Positions 12,401 to 34,216 are shown, counted from the first letter of the stretch. The stretch: DNA of 55,320 nt from Alloascoidea hylecoeti (GCA_001600815.1 BCKZ01000010.1:743506-798825), one strand, 5' to 3'. The notes: a model not told the origin generated them from the sequence alone. Translations and numbers: made by a program.

Positions 12401-14235
12401 TTTGGTTTCAATTGATTAATTATAATATTAACTTGGCAAGGGCTCTAAAAGTGTTCACAAACTTATATGTTGTAGCTTAAAAGTAAAAAGAGGGAAAAGA
12501 AAAAAATTTGTGAGGTGGTGAAATCCAGAGACAGTCCACGGAGACATCTTGATTCGATTTGGAAAGTACTGTTTTAATAACCAACAGGTTTTTAGAGTTT
12601 ACTGTAGCTGTGGGTGCGCAGTACCGTATTGTATGAATTATGATGCCTGTCACTGAAAATGAACGTTTTTTCCGCGAACTTTTGGTCACTGGGAGTATGC
12701 ATGCATTCACCTGTATGAGGTGACTATTATGGTTATGCATATCCTATAACTAATAGCATTATTCGTATGGCTGTGAATCCTGGAGATCTACATAGTTAAT
12801 AAATAGGGACCAAAGTTGACAAAAAGGTCCAAAAGTAAATTTGAAACGTCAAGATTTAGATTCGCCATTTATTTACCTTTTGTCATCTTTAATGTATATA
12901 AATGAAGTGATTTTGGTGCTGTAGTCACATTTTAAATAAGGAGTCTTTATTTCGTTGATTTTCCTAAGCTGTCCAATTCCAGTGATGCACAGTGAATGAA
13001 CACCTTAGTGAACAGGTAGTTGCCCAAATGGAAAAGTGCCGAGAAAATTACAAATATATTTGTAAGTTTCGTTCTATATTCCCCCAATATATTGCTCTAA
13101 AAATTATATACAAAAGTTATCCATCAATGCAATCTACTATGGATAATGGAATGGCAATTGGAAATGAGAATGTGGTTTGCTCTCTCTTAATTTGGAGTGT
13201 GTCCTACTTGTATGAAAAAATGTGTTTTTTTGGAATCAAAACTACTGAACTTTTTAACCACTATTGTGATATCAAACTTTTATAGTTAAATAAATAGAGA
13301 ATAAACTTATGCGAATAACTACAATGATAAACTGCGCTTAGAATTTTGCAGACGATTATTCATGGTTTAATTTTGTATGTCGTTCCATCTATAATAATTT
13401 GCTTCCCTAAAAGAGTGAAATATATAGCAGGCTCTACTACAAATAGAATCATATAATCCTCTCTTCCTACTATTTTACTTTATAAGTTACACCTGCTACG
13501 GCCACTTGCAACCACAAGATCTAGAATGGAAAAAATAAAATTCTATTAACAATTTGGACTAAGTTGCAAAATGCATCTCTAAAATCAATCAGGATCCGGA
13601 TGGTGGAAAATTCAAACACCATTAATATTAATAGTACTGTTATCACAAGTGTAGCTTCTTACGAATATGAATGAGACCTACAAACTCTAAACCTGGAATT
13701 TCACCATCATAGCAATCGTTGGAAGTAAAAATAGTATCATCAATCCTAGCTGGTACTTTTATGGAGCAATCAATCACCGGCCCCTTGTTTCTGCCAATTG
13801 CAGACTTAAGTTTTAACCTTCTGTGCTCTCATACTGAAGGTTCTTCTAAAAGTTCTTTGACGTTATCAATAGATGACCATGGTCAGGATCCCACAAAAGC
13901 CTCTGAAATGTACTCCCAGCTGCTTTCAAAATGACTTTTTTTCTTTCTTTTATTTAACAAAAATGTTATTATTCTATTACACTACTATACTCCAAATTCC
14001 AAGGAACAACCTCTAAAGGAAAATAAAAATTTTCTAAGAAATTGAAGGCTATTATTCAGATAAAATTATCTATTAAATGTATTCTCTAAATTCCCCCCTT
14101 TTAACCTTTTAAATCTGGTAACTATTCTTTCCAATAATCTGAAAAAATCTTTTCTTTTTCCTTTTTATTGCTATTATTAAATGGATCCGGATTAGATTGG
14201 TGATGTTTAATTCCCAGAATTCTGATCTGTGAAGG

Positions 14236-14243
14236 TTACCCGG
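14236..14243 (+). promoter_or_regulatory. Reb1-type site TTACCCGG upstream of CCL1
   Basis: Exact match to the S. cerevisiae Reb1 consensus about 70 nt before the ATG; the motif recurs at 18484 and 36403 in other promoters. Confidence 0.55.
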
Positions 14244-14311
14244 AGTTTAATGATCATATACTGAACCCAATATTTATACATGTATTGATATTAAATATCG
14301 TTAACATTAAC

Positions 14312-15433
14312 ATGACCGCCGAAAAAGAATCCAAAAAGAATCTAAATAATGATGAGTTATACAGAAATTCCTCACAGTATCGTTTTTGGTCATACACATC
14401 TAAAGAACTACTTCAAAAACGTGAAGAAGTAAATGCAAAATCAACAAATAAAATGAAAGAGATATGGAATTCAAGCGAAGCCTATAAAGATCTAAATTTA
14501 GAATCACTTGATGCTAATGAAGAAAACCAATTGGTTTTGTTCTATGCTAGAAGAGCGGAAACATTTACGGATTATTTTAAATTACCTTCACAAGTTAAGG
14601 TACTTTCCTTCTTATATAAAATCAATTTTATCTCATAGACTAATTACTTTATTAATTATGCTAGGCGACTGCTATATCATATTTACGGAAATTTTATCTT
14701 GTCAATACCGTGGCTGAATATCATCCAAAGAGTATATTGTTAGTATTCCTATATTTGCTCTCAACTAATTTTAAACTAGACTAATATTTTCTTCTTTCTT
14801 AGATATACTTGTGTCTTTTTAGCAGCCAAAACTGAAAACTGTTTTATCAAAATTGAAACTTTTGCAGAAGCGATAGAAAAGGCAACACCTCAAGAAATTT
14901 TAGACCTTGAATTTTTAGTATTACAGTCATTAAACTTTACCTTATTAGTTCATCATCCTTTTAGACCATTATATGGATTTTTCCTTGATATGCAGACAGT
15001 ATTTCAAAATGATAATCGAGAATTAGGTGCCTTATATGATTCTTCTAGGAAAAAGCTGGATTCTAGCTTATATAGTGATGCTTGCTTTCTCTACACACCA
15101 CCTCAGATTGCACTAGCAGCATTATTAGAAGTAAACGAGGCAAAGACAATGGAGTATTTAAACAACAAATATAATGGAAAGGAGCAGCTACTGAATGCAC
15201 TACTTGGAATATTACAGGATTGCAGGAAGGTTATAAACAATTCACCGGATCCATCGCAAGAAGAAGTCAAAATTATCGATAGGAAGTTACGATACGCGGT
15301 TCATCCGGAGAAGAAACTTCAACAACAACTAAAGAAAAGAAGGTTGCAAATGGATCAATCTTCGAATAATGCTAATGCTGATACCACTGCTGGTAATTCG
15401 CCTGGTCATAAAAAACCACGTTTAGATAGTTAA
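14312..15433 (+). CDS. CCL1: Cyclin H of TFIIK/TFIIH (3 exons; introns 14600-14664, 14739-14802)
   Basis: DELYRNSSQYRFWSY, ATAISYLRKFYL, YHPKSILYTCVFLAAKTEN, LEFLVLQSLNFTLLVHHPFRPLYGFFLDMQ, DACFLYTPPQIALAAL. Both introns have a GT donor, ACTAAT branch and TAG acceptor and restore the frame. Confidence 0.95.
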
Positions 15434-15553
15434 TATATAATACACCCATCCACCTTAAGATTCCTTTTATTTTTAGCTGTTCATTTCTACGTCCATTCAA
15501 ATTTCGTTGACGTCTTTAGACCAAAGAATACTTTGTTTCTTTAATAAACATAA

Positions 15554-16786
<1,233 letters not shown>

Positions 16787-16824
16787 TGGTAATAATTAAT
16801 ATTAATAGTACTTTTGTTTTTATC

Positions 16825-16830
<6 letters not shown>

Positions 16831-16860
<30 letters not shown>
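16831..16860. repeat. (TA)15 microsatellite in the MNN9 3' region
   Basis: Perfect TA dinucleotide run. Confidence 0.95.
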
Positions 16861-16869
<9 letters not shown>

Positions 16870-16877
16870 AGATTTGT

Positions 16878-16885
16878 GTCACATG
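16878..16885 (+). promoter_or_regulatory. Cbf1-type E-box GTCACATG upstream of GLO3
   Basis: Matches RTCACRTG, within the near-palindrome TGTCACATGACA, about 100 nt before the ATG. Confidence 0.4.
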
Positions 16886-16982
16886 ACATTTGGACACACC
16901 GTGGCCAGAAACGAACCTCTTTTTTTCCAACCACACTTCTTTTGAACATTAATTATTTATAGACATTAATACATAAGTAAAA

Positions 16983-18407
16983 ATGGCCTCCGAAGTACAA
17001 GCCTCAGATGAAGAAAAAGAACGGCTATTTGCCTACATGCAAGGTATCAGTGCAAATAAAGTATGTGTCATATGTATATATTCATGATTGTTGTTATTTC
17101 ATTTTAATTATTGATACTGACCTAAATATAAGTCATGTTTTGATTGCGGTGCTAAAAATCCTACCTGGGCCTCTTCTACTTTTGGTGTCTTCTTATGCTT
17201 AAACTGTTCTGCTGTACATCGTCAACTTGGTGTTCATGTCTCATTTATTCGTTCTACAAATCTCGATAAATGGACACGAACTAATCTACGAACCATGAAG
17301 GTTGGTGGAAATCAATCCGCTAGAGAATATTTCGTCAAACACGGTGGTAACTCTTACTTACAGACAAATGCAGACGCTAAAGCTAAGTATACCAGCAGAG
17401 TTGCTGTCTCATATAAAGATGAATTAAAAAGACGTGTTAGTAAAGATGCCATCAAATATCCAGAAGAAGTTGTTGTTGAACAAGCAAAAGATTCAGTCGC
17501 TTTGAATGATTCAAACAATAGTTCAAAAGATGATTTTTTTGCAAATTGGGAGAAGCCCTTGATTGAACAAGTCACACCTCCAATTTCAAGATCCTCCACC
17601 CCTTCTAACAGTGCTTCTACAAAACCTGTCGTAAAACCTCAAGCCAGATCAACAAAAACCGTTTCTTCTTCCTCAATACTAGCTAAGAGAAATACCGCCC
17701 GTGGTGCTGGAATTGGTGGAAGAAAGACAAATATAGCTAATAAGAAGAAATTTGCCGCAAAAAAATTAACTGTTGAAGACATTGATTTTGATGAAGCTGA
17801 AAGAAAAGCCAAAGAAGAAGAAGCCGAGACAGTCAAACTAGGATATAATCCAGCTGAATCCAAGACATCTACTGTTTCCCAAAAATCAGAAACAAATGAT
17901 ACATTTAGTTCATTTGCTCCAAATTCGTCTTCTAAAGTAGCACCTAAAAAGGAAGCAGATGTTACAAAATCATTTGCTAGGTTAGGATTTGGTCAAACAG
18001 CTGGTTCTGCGGTTCCTGAATCGAAGACATCAAGAAAGCCAGCAGTAGAATATACAGGAACAGTAGCTGCCAAATATGGAACACAAAGAGCTATTTCATC
18101 AGATGAATTCTTCGGTAGAAATACTTACGATAGTGCAGCACAAGCAGAAGCGAAATCTCGCTTACAAGCTTTTGATGGAGCAACTTCTATCTCATCATCT
18201 TCATATTTTGGAGAAGATGAGGATGCAAATGGAAGAGGACGATCTGGAACTTCAGGATCTGCAGATCTGGCACAATTCCAAGATGCTGCTAGAGATTTTG
18301 CTGGTAAATTCTCAGGAACTGCTGATGAAGATTTACAGGTTTTAAAAGATGTTTTGGAGCAGGGAGCTTCGAAGTTGGGAGATATAATGAGGGACATTCT
18401 TCGTTAA
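16983..18407 (+). CDS. GLO3: ArfGAP Glo3 (intron 17061-17132)
   Basis: Spliced product has [13 protein letters not shown]...[20 protein letters not shown], the zinc-finger ArfGAP domain, plus the C-terminal Glo3 motifs [10 protein letters not shown] and SISSSSYFG. Confidence 0.95.
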
Positions 18408-18483
18408 TAATAAATTTATATATAATATATAACGATAATACTAAGAATTTTGTTATTCGTCATATAAGTTTTAAGAATGCAAT

Positions 18484-18491
18484 CCGGGTAA
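18484..18491 (-). promoter_or_regulatory. Reb1-type site (CCGGGTAA) upstream of BNA4
   Basis: Reverse complement of TTACCCGG, about 50 nt before the ATG, in a 132-nt spacer. Confidence 0.5.
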
Positions 18492-18539
18492 TTTCCCATA
18501 TATCTTGAATATATCTGTAGTTTTCTGCTTAGGTTTTCA

Positions 18540-19996
18540 ATGAAATCAGTCGCTATTATTGGAGCAGGCCTTGTTGGATGTCTAGCTGCACTAGGGCTAG
18601 AACGCAAAGGTTATAGGGTGGTGCTGTTTGAAGCTAGAGATGGTAGGTTTTTGAGTGTCTAAATGAATGTGTCTGTATTGTTCCACTAACCTTTTTGGTA
18701 GATCCTCGTGAGGTGGATCAGTCTCTTAATCTACGATCTATAAACTTAGCTGTGTCAAGTAGAGGGATCACGGCTCTAACTTATGTGGATGCTGAAATGG
18801 CTAAGAGGGTATTGACCGGACTGGTTCCCATGCATGGCCGAATGATCCATGATCTTAAAGGGAAACAGATCAGTCAAAAGTATGGGTTATATGGTGAGGC
18901 CATTAACTCAATTGACCGTGGGAAGCTCAACTTGACTCTACTAGATGAATTTGCTAATTCTAGCAATGTTGATATTAAATTTAATCATAAATTGGTAAAG
19001 GCAGATTTATCTAGGCCAAATTCAAATCCCTTATTACAATTCAAGATAACAAAAACAGTTGGAAAGGAAAAAAAGGAAGACATTGCTGATTATTCGCAAT
19101 TTGAATTTGTTGTTGGGGCAGATGGTGCTTATTCTGCTCTTCGTTGTGAGATGCAAAAATATACCAGAATAAATATTAATCAGCATTATATTGATAATAT
19201 GTATATTGAACTATACATTCCTCCAGGTAAAGATGAATCAGGAAACCCAAAGTTCTCCTTGGACCCAAATCATTTACACATATGGCCACGTGATGATTTC
19301 ATGTTAATCGCTTTGCCAAATACTGATGGTTCCTTTACTTCAACGTTTTTTGCTCCTTGGAAATTGGCAGAATCTTTAAATACACCCGATAAAGTATTAG
19401 CACTTTTCCGAAAATATTTTAAAGATGGCCTCGAACTTCTTGGTGAGCAACATGTTGTTGAAGCCTTCAAGAATCATCCTAAAGGTTCACTTGTATGCAT
19501 TAAAATGAATCCTTATAATGTTAACGGAAAGGCTATCTTAGTTGGTGACTCATCACATGCCATGGTTCCATTTTACGGACAAGGTATGAATTGTGGATTT
19601 GAAGACGTTAGAATTCTACTAGAACTACTCGAAAAAAATCATTACAATACTGAAAAGGCATTCAATGAATATTCGATCTCAAGACATGATGATTTGGTTT
19701 CAATCATAGATCTTGCAATGGCCAATTACTCTGAAATGAGTCATAAAGTGAAGGATCCATTGTTCTTATTAAGAAAAAAGTTAGATGGGTTTTTAGGTAG
19801 ATTGTTAAAAGATAACTGGTTGCCTTTATATACTATGGTTTCTTTTAGAGCTGACGTTAGTTATTCAGAAGCGGTTAGACGGTCCAAGAGACAAAGCAAC
19901 ATTATTTCAAAAGCATTTGCTTGCGTTGCAACGGGAATTATTCTAGGGATCGCCAAAGGACTACATTGTTATTCAAGATGTCGAGCAAAGAGTTGA
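18540..19996 (+). CDS. BNA4: Kynurenine 3-monooxygenase (intron 18643-18701)
   Basis: [21 protein letters not shown]-binding start. GTAGGT..CACTAAC..TAG intron. [49 protein letters not shown]. Confidence 0.96.
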
Positions 19997-20101
19997 TTAT
20001 TGTAGCCGATATACTATTTCATTAACTTAATCCAAAACAGTCGTATGGGTGTTTTGTTTGTGTGTCTAAAATAAAAAATTATATATTGCATTTGATCATT
20101 A

Positions 20102-21691
20102 ATGAACAAATCAGAAATTATCCAAATCTCCGTTTCTCAATCGGCAAATCATATCAGCACTCATTTTTACAATTCTCAAGAATCGTATCTTCATTGCCCA
20201 AAGGGTTCATCTCCAATTGATAAGGATGTGTATTTCTATCCCTCTTCTACAAATCAGGGGTTTACTAGTTATAAACCAAGAACTATAATTTGGGATCTTA
20301 AAGGAGGGTTTGGCTCTTTAGGATCCTTACAGACTGGACTTGAAAATGAAATTGAAAATGAGAGTAGCATTGATAACCAAAATCAACATGGAAATCTCAC
20401 GATTATCAAAGAACCAAGAATTCCAAAAAGTGACTACCAACAAGCTTTGGATGATTTTAAACCTACTCCAAAACTAGATCCTTCAAATACAAAATATTGG
20501 TCAGATTATACAAGACTGCTTTACAATCATAATTCCTTAAACACCTTATCAGACTGGGAATTTGATCCGTCCAAATCAAAAGTCGGTGTTCGTAGAATGG
20601 GTGGTGAAATGGCTACTAAGATTGAATTTAAAGATTATAGTATAGGAATTGAACAATGGCATGACAGTCGAGATCATGGTAATTATTTAGAGGATTTTTT
20701 CAGACCTATATTAGAACAATGTGATGCTTTAAATGGGTTGAATGTTGTAACTGATGTTGATTCTGCCTGGGGTAGTTTTACAAGCGAAATGTTAGGTGAA
20801 ATAATTGACGATTATCTTCCCAAAAATACCATATTTACATGGGGTATTTATAATGATTTTTCAAACCAAGATTTAAATAGAAAAGAACGATTATCAAGGG
20901 TTCGAACTACTGCTGCATTATTAAATAATTCATCGATTTTCATTCCATTCTCTAATCCTACTAATAAAAGATTGATTGAAAACTTGGGATCCACCCAAGA
21001 CGAATTGAATAGCTCTTGGTATATGAGTTCAATATTAAGTCTACATTATGAAACTTATTCTTCATTATTTAGTCTTTATAAAGCTGATGGGATATCAATG
21101 TCGAGACTTGAAAGTATGCTGACGTCTGGATCAAAGAGAAATATTGTTGGTAATGTTGAAAGTCGAATAACATCAGATATAGAAATAGATAATCCATATT
21201 CATTATCAAATGATATCAAATTGGATATGTCAGGTTCAATATTTAGAAAAATTAAGTATCGAAAGCGTAAACATGTTTTTTCAAAAACTATTGCTTTTAA
21301 AGATCCAGTTAATCTTGATAATAATGGTGGAGAAATTTTAAAGAGTGATCTTAGGTTTGAAAAAATACTATTAGATCAAAAAGAAAAATTTGCCGATTTT
21401 CATAATCTTCTTGAAAATGGTACAGAGGTTGAAAATATGAAAATGATTGATGTCCCTTTAAAATTTAACCCTCCAGATACTTTTCCAACATCAATTAAAG
21501 ATAAAATTACAAACCAATTACAAGGGCATTCGTTAATGGTTTCAAATAAGCCTAACGAAATGTTGCTATCAATGATGGAATGTGTATCAAGATTTATGAA
21601 GGGGGATGATAGAGAAGAATTAATAGATGAATTGGAACAAGCCGCTGAACAATACCATTGGGAAAATGATTTTGATTGGGACAGTGATTGA
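20102..21691 (+). CDS. DML1: Misato/Dml1 tubulin-like protein
   Basis: EIIQISVSQSANHISTHFYNSQES, YKPRTIIWDLKGGFGSL, KYWSDY, RPILEQCDALNG..D.DSAWGSF. Confidence 0.92.
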   Translation: MNKSEIIQISVSQSANHISTHFYNSQESYLHCPKGSSPIDKDVYFYPSSTNQGFTSYKPRTIIWDLKGGFGSLGSLQTGLENEIENESSIDNQNQHGNLTIIKEPRIPKSDYQQALDDFKPTPKLDPSNTKYWSDYTRLLYNHNSLNTLSDWEFDPSKSKVGVRRMGGEMATKIEFKDYSIGIEQWHDSRDHGNYLEDFFRPILEQCDALNGLNVVTDVDSAWGSFTSEMLGEIIDDYLPKNTIFTWGIYNDFSNQDLNRKERLSRVRTTAALLNNSSIFIPFSNPTNKRLIENLGSTQDELNSSWYMSSILSLHYETYSSLFSLYKADGISMSRLESMLTSGSKRNIVGNVESRITSDIEIDNPYSLSNDIKLDMSGSIFRKIKYRKRKHVFSKTIAFKDPVNLDNNGGEILKSDLRFEKILLDQKEKFADFHNLLENGTEVENMKMIDVPLKFNPPDTFPTSIKDKITNQLQGHSLMVSNKPNEMLLSMMECVSRFMKGDDREELIDELEQAAEQYHWENDFDWDSD

Positions 21692-22287
21692 TTTAGAAGC
21701 AACAAAATAAAGTATAACAATCCTGAACATTGATATTAACCGTTTAAATCAAGTATATAATAAATTCAAAACAATGGATTGCAATAATAACAAACAATAC
21801 AAATATCGCAATAGATTCATCTCATGTCACCATCGTTAATGTTAACTGGTATAGTCTAACTGAGTTTATTTATAATTAATATTAATATTAATTAGAAAAA
21901 TTTGTATCGTTTGAGTAAATAATTGTAGCTAATTAGTTATTGGATCTGAGTTAGGACTAATCGATATATTATTTTCAGACCGCAAACTCAGGTGACCTAC
22001 TGTACATACACCTACATCTGTAATGTGGTAACTATAGCTACGCATAGTAAAATTATAAACAACGGATGAGGTTTGAAAAACCATCTTCAGTACATCCAGA
22101 TGTTATCTGGTAGTGATTCTAGTTGTAATGAAATTTTCATTGATTGTCATATACAATTACAGTTTCAGAAATATTGTTAATATTATCTATCAACTAACAT
22201 ACAATGATACAAATAAAATAACCTCTATGAGCAAAATCTTCTGTTCTTCACCTCTCCCTTCCTTTTTAACAAATTAAACAGTTACAT

Positions 22288-24132
22288 TTAACGGGTATTT
22301 AAAGCTTTAGTAACAACACGCTTAAGACTTAATTCAGCCTTTCTTAAATCGTCAGCAGAAGCATCTTCAATTTCTAAAGCAGCTAAAGCATCAGATAAAG
22401 CAGTTTCAATTCTTGATTGAGCACCTCTCTTTAATCTAGCAGCGTAACCAGGATCTGTGATTGATGATTCAATAGAAGAAACATATGATTCTAATCTTTG
22501 TTTGGCTTCATGTCTCTTAGAGAAAGCATCATCAGCATTCTTGAACTTTTCAGCATCGCCAATCATCTTTTCAATTTCTTGAGAAGATAATCTACCAACA
22601 GAGTTAGAAATGGTAATGTTAGAGGTTTTACCGGTAGATTTTTCAAGAGCTGTAACTTTAAGGATACCATTAGCATCAACTTCAAAAATGGCTTCTAAAA
22701 CTGGTTCACCAGCTCTCATTGGTGGGATTCCCTTTAAGTCAAATTCACCGAGTAAAGTATTCTCAGCACAGTTAACACGTTCACCTTGGTAAACTGGGAA
22801 CTGAACAGTGGTCTGATGGTCACCAACAGTTGTGAAAGTTCTTCTCTTAATAGTTGGAACTGTTGTGTTTCTTGGAATAACTGGAGCAAAGATATTACCT
22901 TCCATGGCAACACCGAGAGAAAGAGGAACAACATCCAAAAGTAAAAGATCCTTAGTCTCATCACCAGTGGCTTGATTGGTCAAAATAGCACCTTGAACAG
23001 CAGCACCATAGGCAACAGCTTCATCAGGGTTAATAGATTTTTCCAAAGCTTTTCCATCAAAAAAGTCAGATAAAAGTTTTTGGACTTTTGGAATACGGGT
23101 GGAACCACCAACAAGGACAACCTCATCAACACCAGATTTGCTGATCTTAGCATCCTTCAAGACACGTTCAACAGGTTCCAAAGTGCTCTTGAATAAAGCA
23201 GCATTAATGTCTTCGAAACGAGCACGGGTAATGTTGGCGCTGAAATCTTCACCACTGGCTAAAGAATCAACTTCAACAGTGGTTTGGGTAACAGAGGATA
23301 AAGTTCTCTTGGCACGTTCACAAGCAGTTCTCAATCTTCTTAAAGCACGAGAATCAGAAGAAATATCGACGCCAGACTTCTTCTTGAAATCTTTTTGAAA
23401 GAAATCTAATAAGTTTGTGTCGAAATCTTGACCACCCAAATGGGTATCACCAGCAGTAGCCTTGACGGTGAAAACACCACCAGCAATGTGAAGTAAAGAA
23501 ACATCAAAAGTACCACCACCTAAATCAAAAATAAGAACATGTTTCTCTTTCTTACCATCTTTACCAGCACCAAGACCGTAGGCAATGGCAGCAGCAGTAG
23601 GTTCATTAATAATACGCAAAACGTTTAAACCAGAAATTGCACCAGCATCTTTAGTAGCCTGTCTTTGGGCATCATTGAAATAAGCTGGAACGGTGACAAC
23701 AGCTTTTTCAACCTTTTTACCAATCTTGGCTTCAGCAATTTCCTTCATTTTAGTCAAAACCATGGAGGAGATTTCCTGTGGAGAAAAAGTTTTAGTTTCC
23801 TTTAAGTACTCAACTTCAATGAGTGGAGATCCTTCTGAATCAATGACTTTAAAAGGCCATGTCTTGATATCTTTTTGAACGGAACTGTCATCAAAACGAC
23901 GACCAATTAAACGTTTGGCATCAAAAACGGTGTTCTTTGGGTTAAGAGCAGCTTGATTCTTAGCAGCATCACCAATCAATCTTTCCTCTTCAGTGAAAGC
24001 GACGAAAGAGGGAGTAACACGGTTACCTTGCTCATTTGCAATGATCTCAACGGCACTGTCATAAGTAGCAACACATGAGTAGGTAGTACCTAAATCGATA
24101 CCGATAGCACCTGGAAAAACACCTTCAGCCAT
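22288..24132 (-). CDS. SSB1: Ribosome-associated Hsp70 (Ssb)
   Basis: [22 protein letters not shown] start; C-terminus [18 protein letters not shown] with no EEVD; strongly biased codons. Confidence 0.98.
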   Translation of the reverse strand: MAEGVFPGAIGIDLGTTYSCVATYDSAVEIIANEQGNRVTPSFVAFTEEERLIGDAAKNQAALNPKNTVFDAKRLIGRRFDDSSVQKDIKTWPFKVIDSEGSPLIEVEYLKETKTFSPQEISSMVLTKMKEIAEAKIGKKVEKAVVTVPAYFNDAQRQATKDAGAISGLNVLRIINEPTAAAIAYGLGAGKDGKKEKHVLIFDLGGGTFDVSLLHIAGGVFTVKATAGDTHLGGQDFDTNLLDFFQKDFKKKSGVDISSDSRALRRLRTACERAKRTLSSVTQTTVEVDSLASGEDFSANITRARFEDINAALFKSTLEPVERVLKDAKISKSGVDEVVLVGGSTRIPKVQKLLSDFFDGKALEKSINPDEAVAYGAAVQGAILTNQATGDETKDLLLLDVVPLSLGVAMEGNIFAPVIPRNTTVPTIKRRTFTTVGDHQTTVQFPVYQGERVNCAENTLLGEFDLKGIPPMRAGEPVLEAIFEVDANGILKVTALEKSTGKTSNITISNSVGRLSSQEIEKMIGDAEKFKNADDAFSKRHEAKQRLESYVSSIESSITDPGYAARLKRGAQSRIETALSDALAALEIEDASADDLRKAELSLKRVVTKALNTR

Positions 24133-24667
24133 TTTGTCTTAATTATAAAAGTCTGTTTTAGTTAAAACTAATTGAGGTTTGTGAAGAAGAAAAGAAAAAA
24201 AGGGACGGATCTTTTACTTTTTAAATATTTTTCACCATTTGGAAAAAAAAAATCTTTACAAAGATGCATAACTGTACAGGCTGTTGTGTGCATGCATAAA
24301 CTGGTCTGAGAAGTACGCGGGAAGGTGCACATCTGGGCCCGCAGTCTCATCGACAAACGGGGAAGGTGACTGATATTGTTTCGCTAAACATATATATTAA
24401 CTTTCTATGTGGGTTTTTTCTATAATCTTATACTATTTCTCTCGTAATACTACCATTTTTCTTTACTTCTCTACTGCTTATTTGGCCCGAGGCTCGCAAT
24501 TATTGTTAGGAACAACTCAACATTATATTCCATGCATCCGATGGCCAAGCTTTTCACTACTAACGTACCATCCTATGTAGTGTAAGCAAAGATGAGCTGA
24601 AAAAGTACATACAAATAGATATAAAAAGGTGGAGGCAATAGTACTTTTAATGGTAAAGTCACGAAAA

Positions 24668-26129
24668 TCACTGTATTGGGATGTTAGATCTCACAGCGTG
24701 TAGATTCCGATTCTGTTCGTAGATGTTCCTCGCTGTGTCGTACAGAAACACGAATTGCGTTTTGCTTTCCACCATCCGCATCCGTTGCTGTCTCAGCTCC
24801 GAGACTATCTCATAGATCATGTCGTCTTGTTCCTCGTAATTTTCCCCAGGGACAGATGTGTCGGTCTTCTCGTCACTTTCTTCACCCGAGAAGTTGTTGA
24901 CAAACAGCTTACAGCTAGTCAGCAGATAGTCTAAAACAACAAACGTCCCGGTTCGTCCAACACCGGCAGAACAGTGAACAACCAATGGTGCATCTTCACT
25001 ATTCAATTCGTTTGCTCTCATAATTAATGATATAATACTGCCTGACTCGGAGGGTTTTGAACAATCTGCCCACTTATCGTAGTAAAGTTGATAAACGGTC
25101 TTAGTCTTGCCATGTTTATCGGACAATGTTAGCTTATGTTCATAGTAAGTATGACTCTGAGGATTGGAGGAGGAATAATTCGTTGACTTTAATGTAACTT
25201 CTAACGGTGTGTCAAACCCTTCATCACCGGACATCTCATATGTCTGCCCAACTGTTTCTGGCCAATATCGTGAACATTTAATAGTATTCCTCTCAACCAA
25301 TGGTGTGACCATGACAATAACGATTGTATCGTAATTCATTTGGAAGATCATTTGCCAAAAATGTCCATGTGTATTCTCAAGCGGGCCTTGAGACGCAATG
25401 TATTTTTTAGACCAGAGAGCCTTTTCCTTCAGATCAACCACAATATTTGAAGCGTTGATATAATCGGAAAAACCTGGCTTCACTTGAAGCTTAACCCTGG
25501 TGGAATCATATGGGAAGACATTCTATTAATATTGTGATATTTTCTTAGTATTTCCCTATAGAATAAACAACCGGAGACAATTTTCAACTTACAATGTATC
25601 TATTTCTACTGAGTTGTGAGGCAGCATCGTGAACACTCCAAGGGGACGTGGCACCGTTTACCACAGAGTCGTGTAGACGTTCATCCTCCAAAAATCTGAG
25701 ACCCAGAAAGCGATGGACAAGTTCTATAAAAAATGTTAGAAGGTTAAATTATACCGTTAGAATAAGAGAAAATGGTAATACACACCATCACGGCTCTGCA
25801 GTAGAAAAGGGGGTGTTTGTGACTGGATAGATGGTTTCTTTTTGGGTAAGATTAGTTGGATTTTATTATAGGATAAAGAGCCCAGGTCTTTCAAGTAAGT
25901 ACAGGTATCAGCCAGCATTCTAATTATGTGAATCATGAGTGTGGTATTAATGATGGTGGGTGAGTATCCCATCTAGATTCCGTGTGGATTCGATGCACCG
26001 AAAAGAGCCGGAATGATCAGTCACAACTATAACTAACCACTATACTCGTACTCCTGAGGCACATGATCATGACTGGGCGGGGAGGGCATAGGACGGGTGA
26101 ACTAGCACGAGGATACTTACGGTGGACAT
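24668..26129 (-). CDS. PTP1: Protein tyrosine phosphatase Ptp1 (introns 25523-25592 and 25724-25785, plus a probable first intron from 26120)
   Basis: Spliced product has RNRYINVFPYDSTRVKL, DYINAS, YIASQGP, WAD and VHCSAGVGRTG. It lies next to SSB1 as in S. cerevisiae. The 5' exon (ATG TCC ACC|GTAAGT, 26129-26121) is inferred; a start at 25972 is an alternative. Confidence 0.88.
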
Positions 26130-26240
26130 GGCGTTGTACACTCTGCAGCTGGAGGTGGAGGAAGATCCAGCAGGTGATGTCCCATAGTTTTATAGCATCC
26201 TAATTATAACTGTTTAAATTTGTTTTCTTCTCAAATCTCA

Positions 26241-30122
<3,882 letters not shown>

Positions 30123-30307
30123 TTTTAGTTAAGTAAATTTTTCAGTTTTTTAATTTCAGTTTCAGTTTCATTTTGATCGATATCATTTGACCGATATCAT
30201 TTGTTATGGTGTGATTTCATATTGAAAGAGATGGCCTAGATAGGTGTGTTAGAAAAGACACATATGCAGAATGGCAAGCAGTGGTGGTTATCTCCCCATA
30301 CCTTCCC

Positions 30308-30427
30308 TCACTTGCGGGCGAGTGCGCCTCTTGCGTTGGTCGAGATGGCGTGGTATACCAGGATCAGAGACATGGTGAAGATGCCGAGGGAGATGACCAG
30401 GGTGTTGAGCTGTTCGTCTGAGATCAT
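30308..30427 (-). CDS. OST4: Oligosaccharyltransferase small subunit Ost4 (39 aa; below the ORF-track cutoff)
   Basis: Hand translation MISDEQLNTLVISLGIFTMSLILVYHAISTNARGALARK*, close to S. cerevisiae Ost4 (MISDEQLNSLAITFG...) and located between BRE4 and MFG1. Confidence 0.95.
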   Translation of the reverse strand: MISDEQLNTLVISLGIFTMSLILVYHAISTNARGALARK

Positions 30428-30572
30428 TGATACTGTGATAGAAATGTAAAGCTAATAGCAAATTGAAAGAGTCCAAACCTCTCCATTCCGGGCGTACGGG
30501 TGTAGTTTCCGTGATACACTGTGCCCACCGCTTTTCTTCAGGTTGTCGACCCAGATTTCGTCTTTTCACGCC

Positions 30573-34216
<3,644 letters not shown>

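Noticed and set aside
21720..22280. snoRNA or tRNA between DML1 and SSB1
   Set aside because: No convincing C/D box pair, H/ACA layout or tRNA A/B boxes seen by eye; a covariance-model search would be needed.
26113..26122. ATACTTAC as a U1 snRNA 5' end
   Set aside because: It continues GG rather than CTG, and is better explained as the reverse complement of the PTP1 GTAAGTAT donor.
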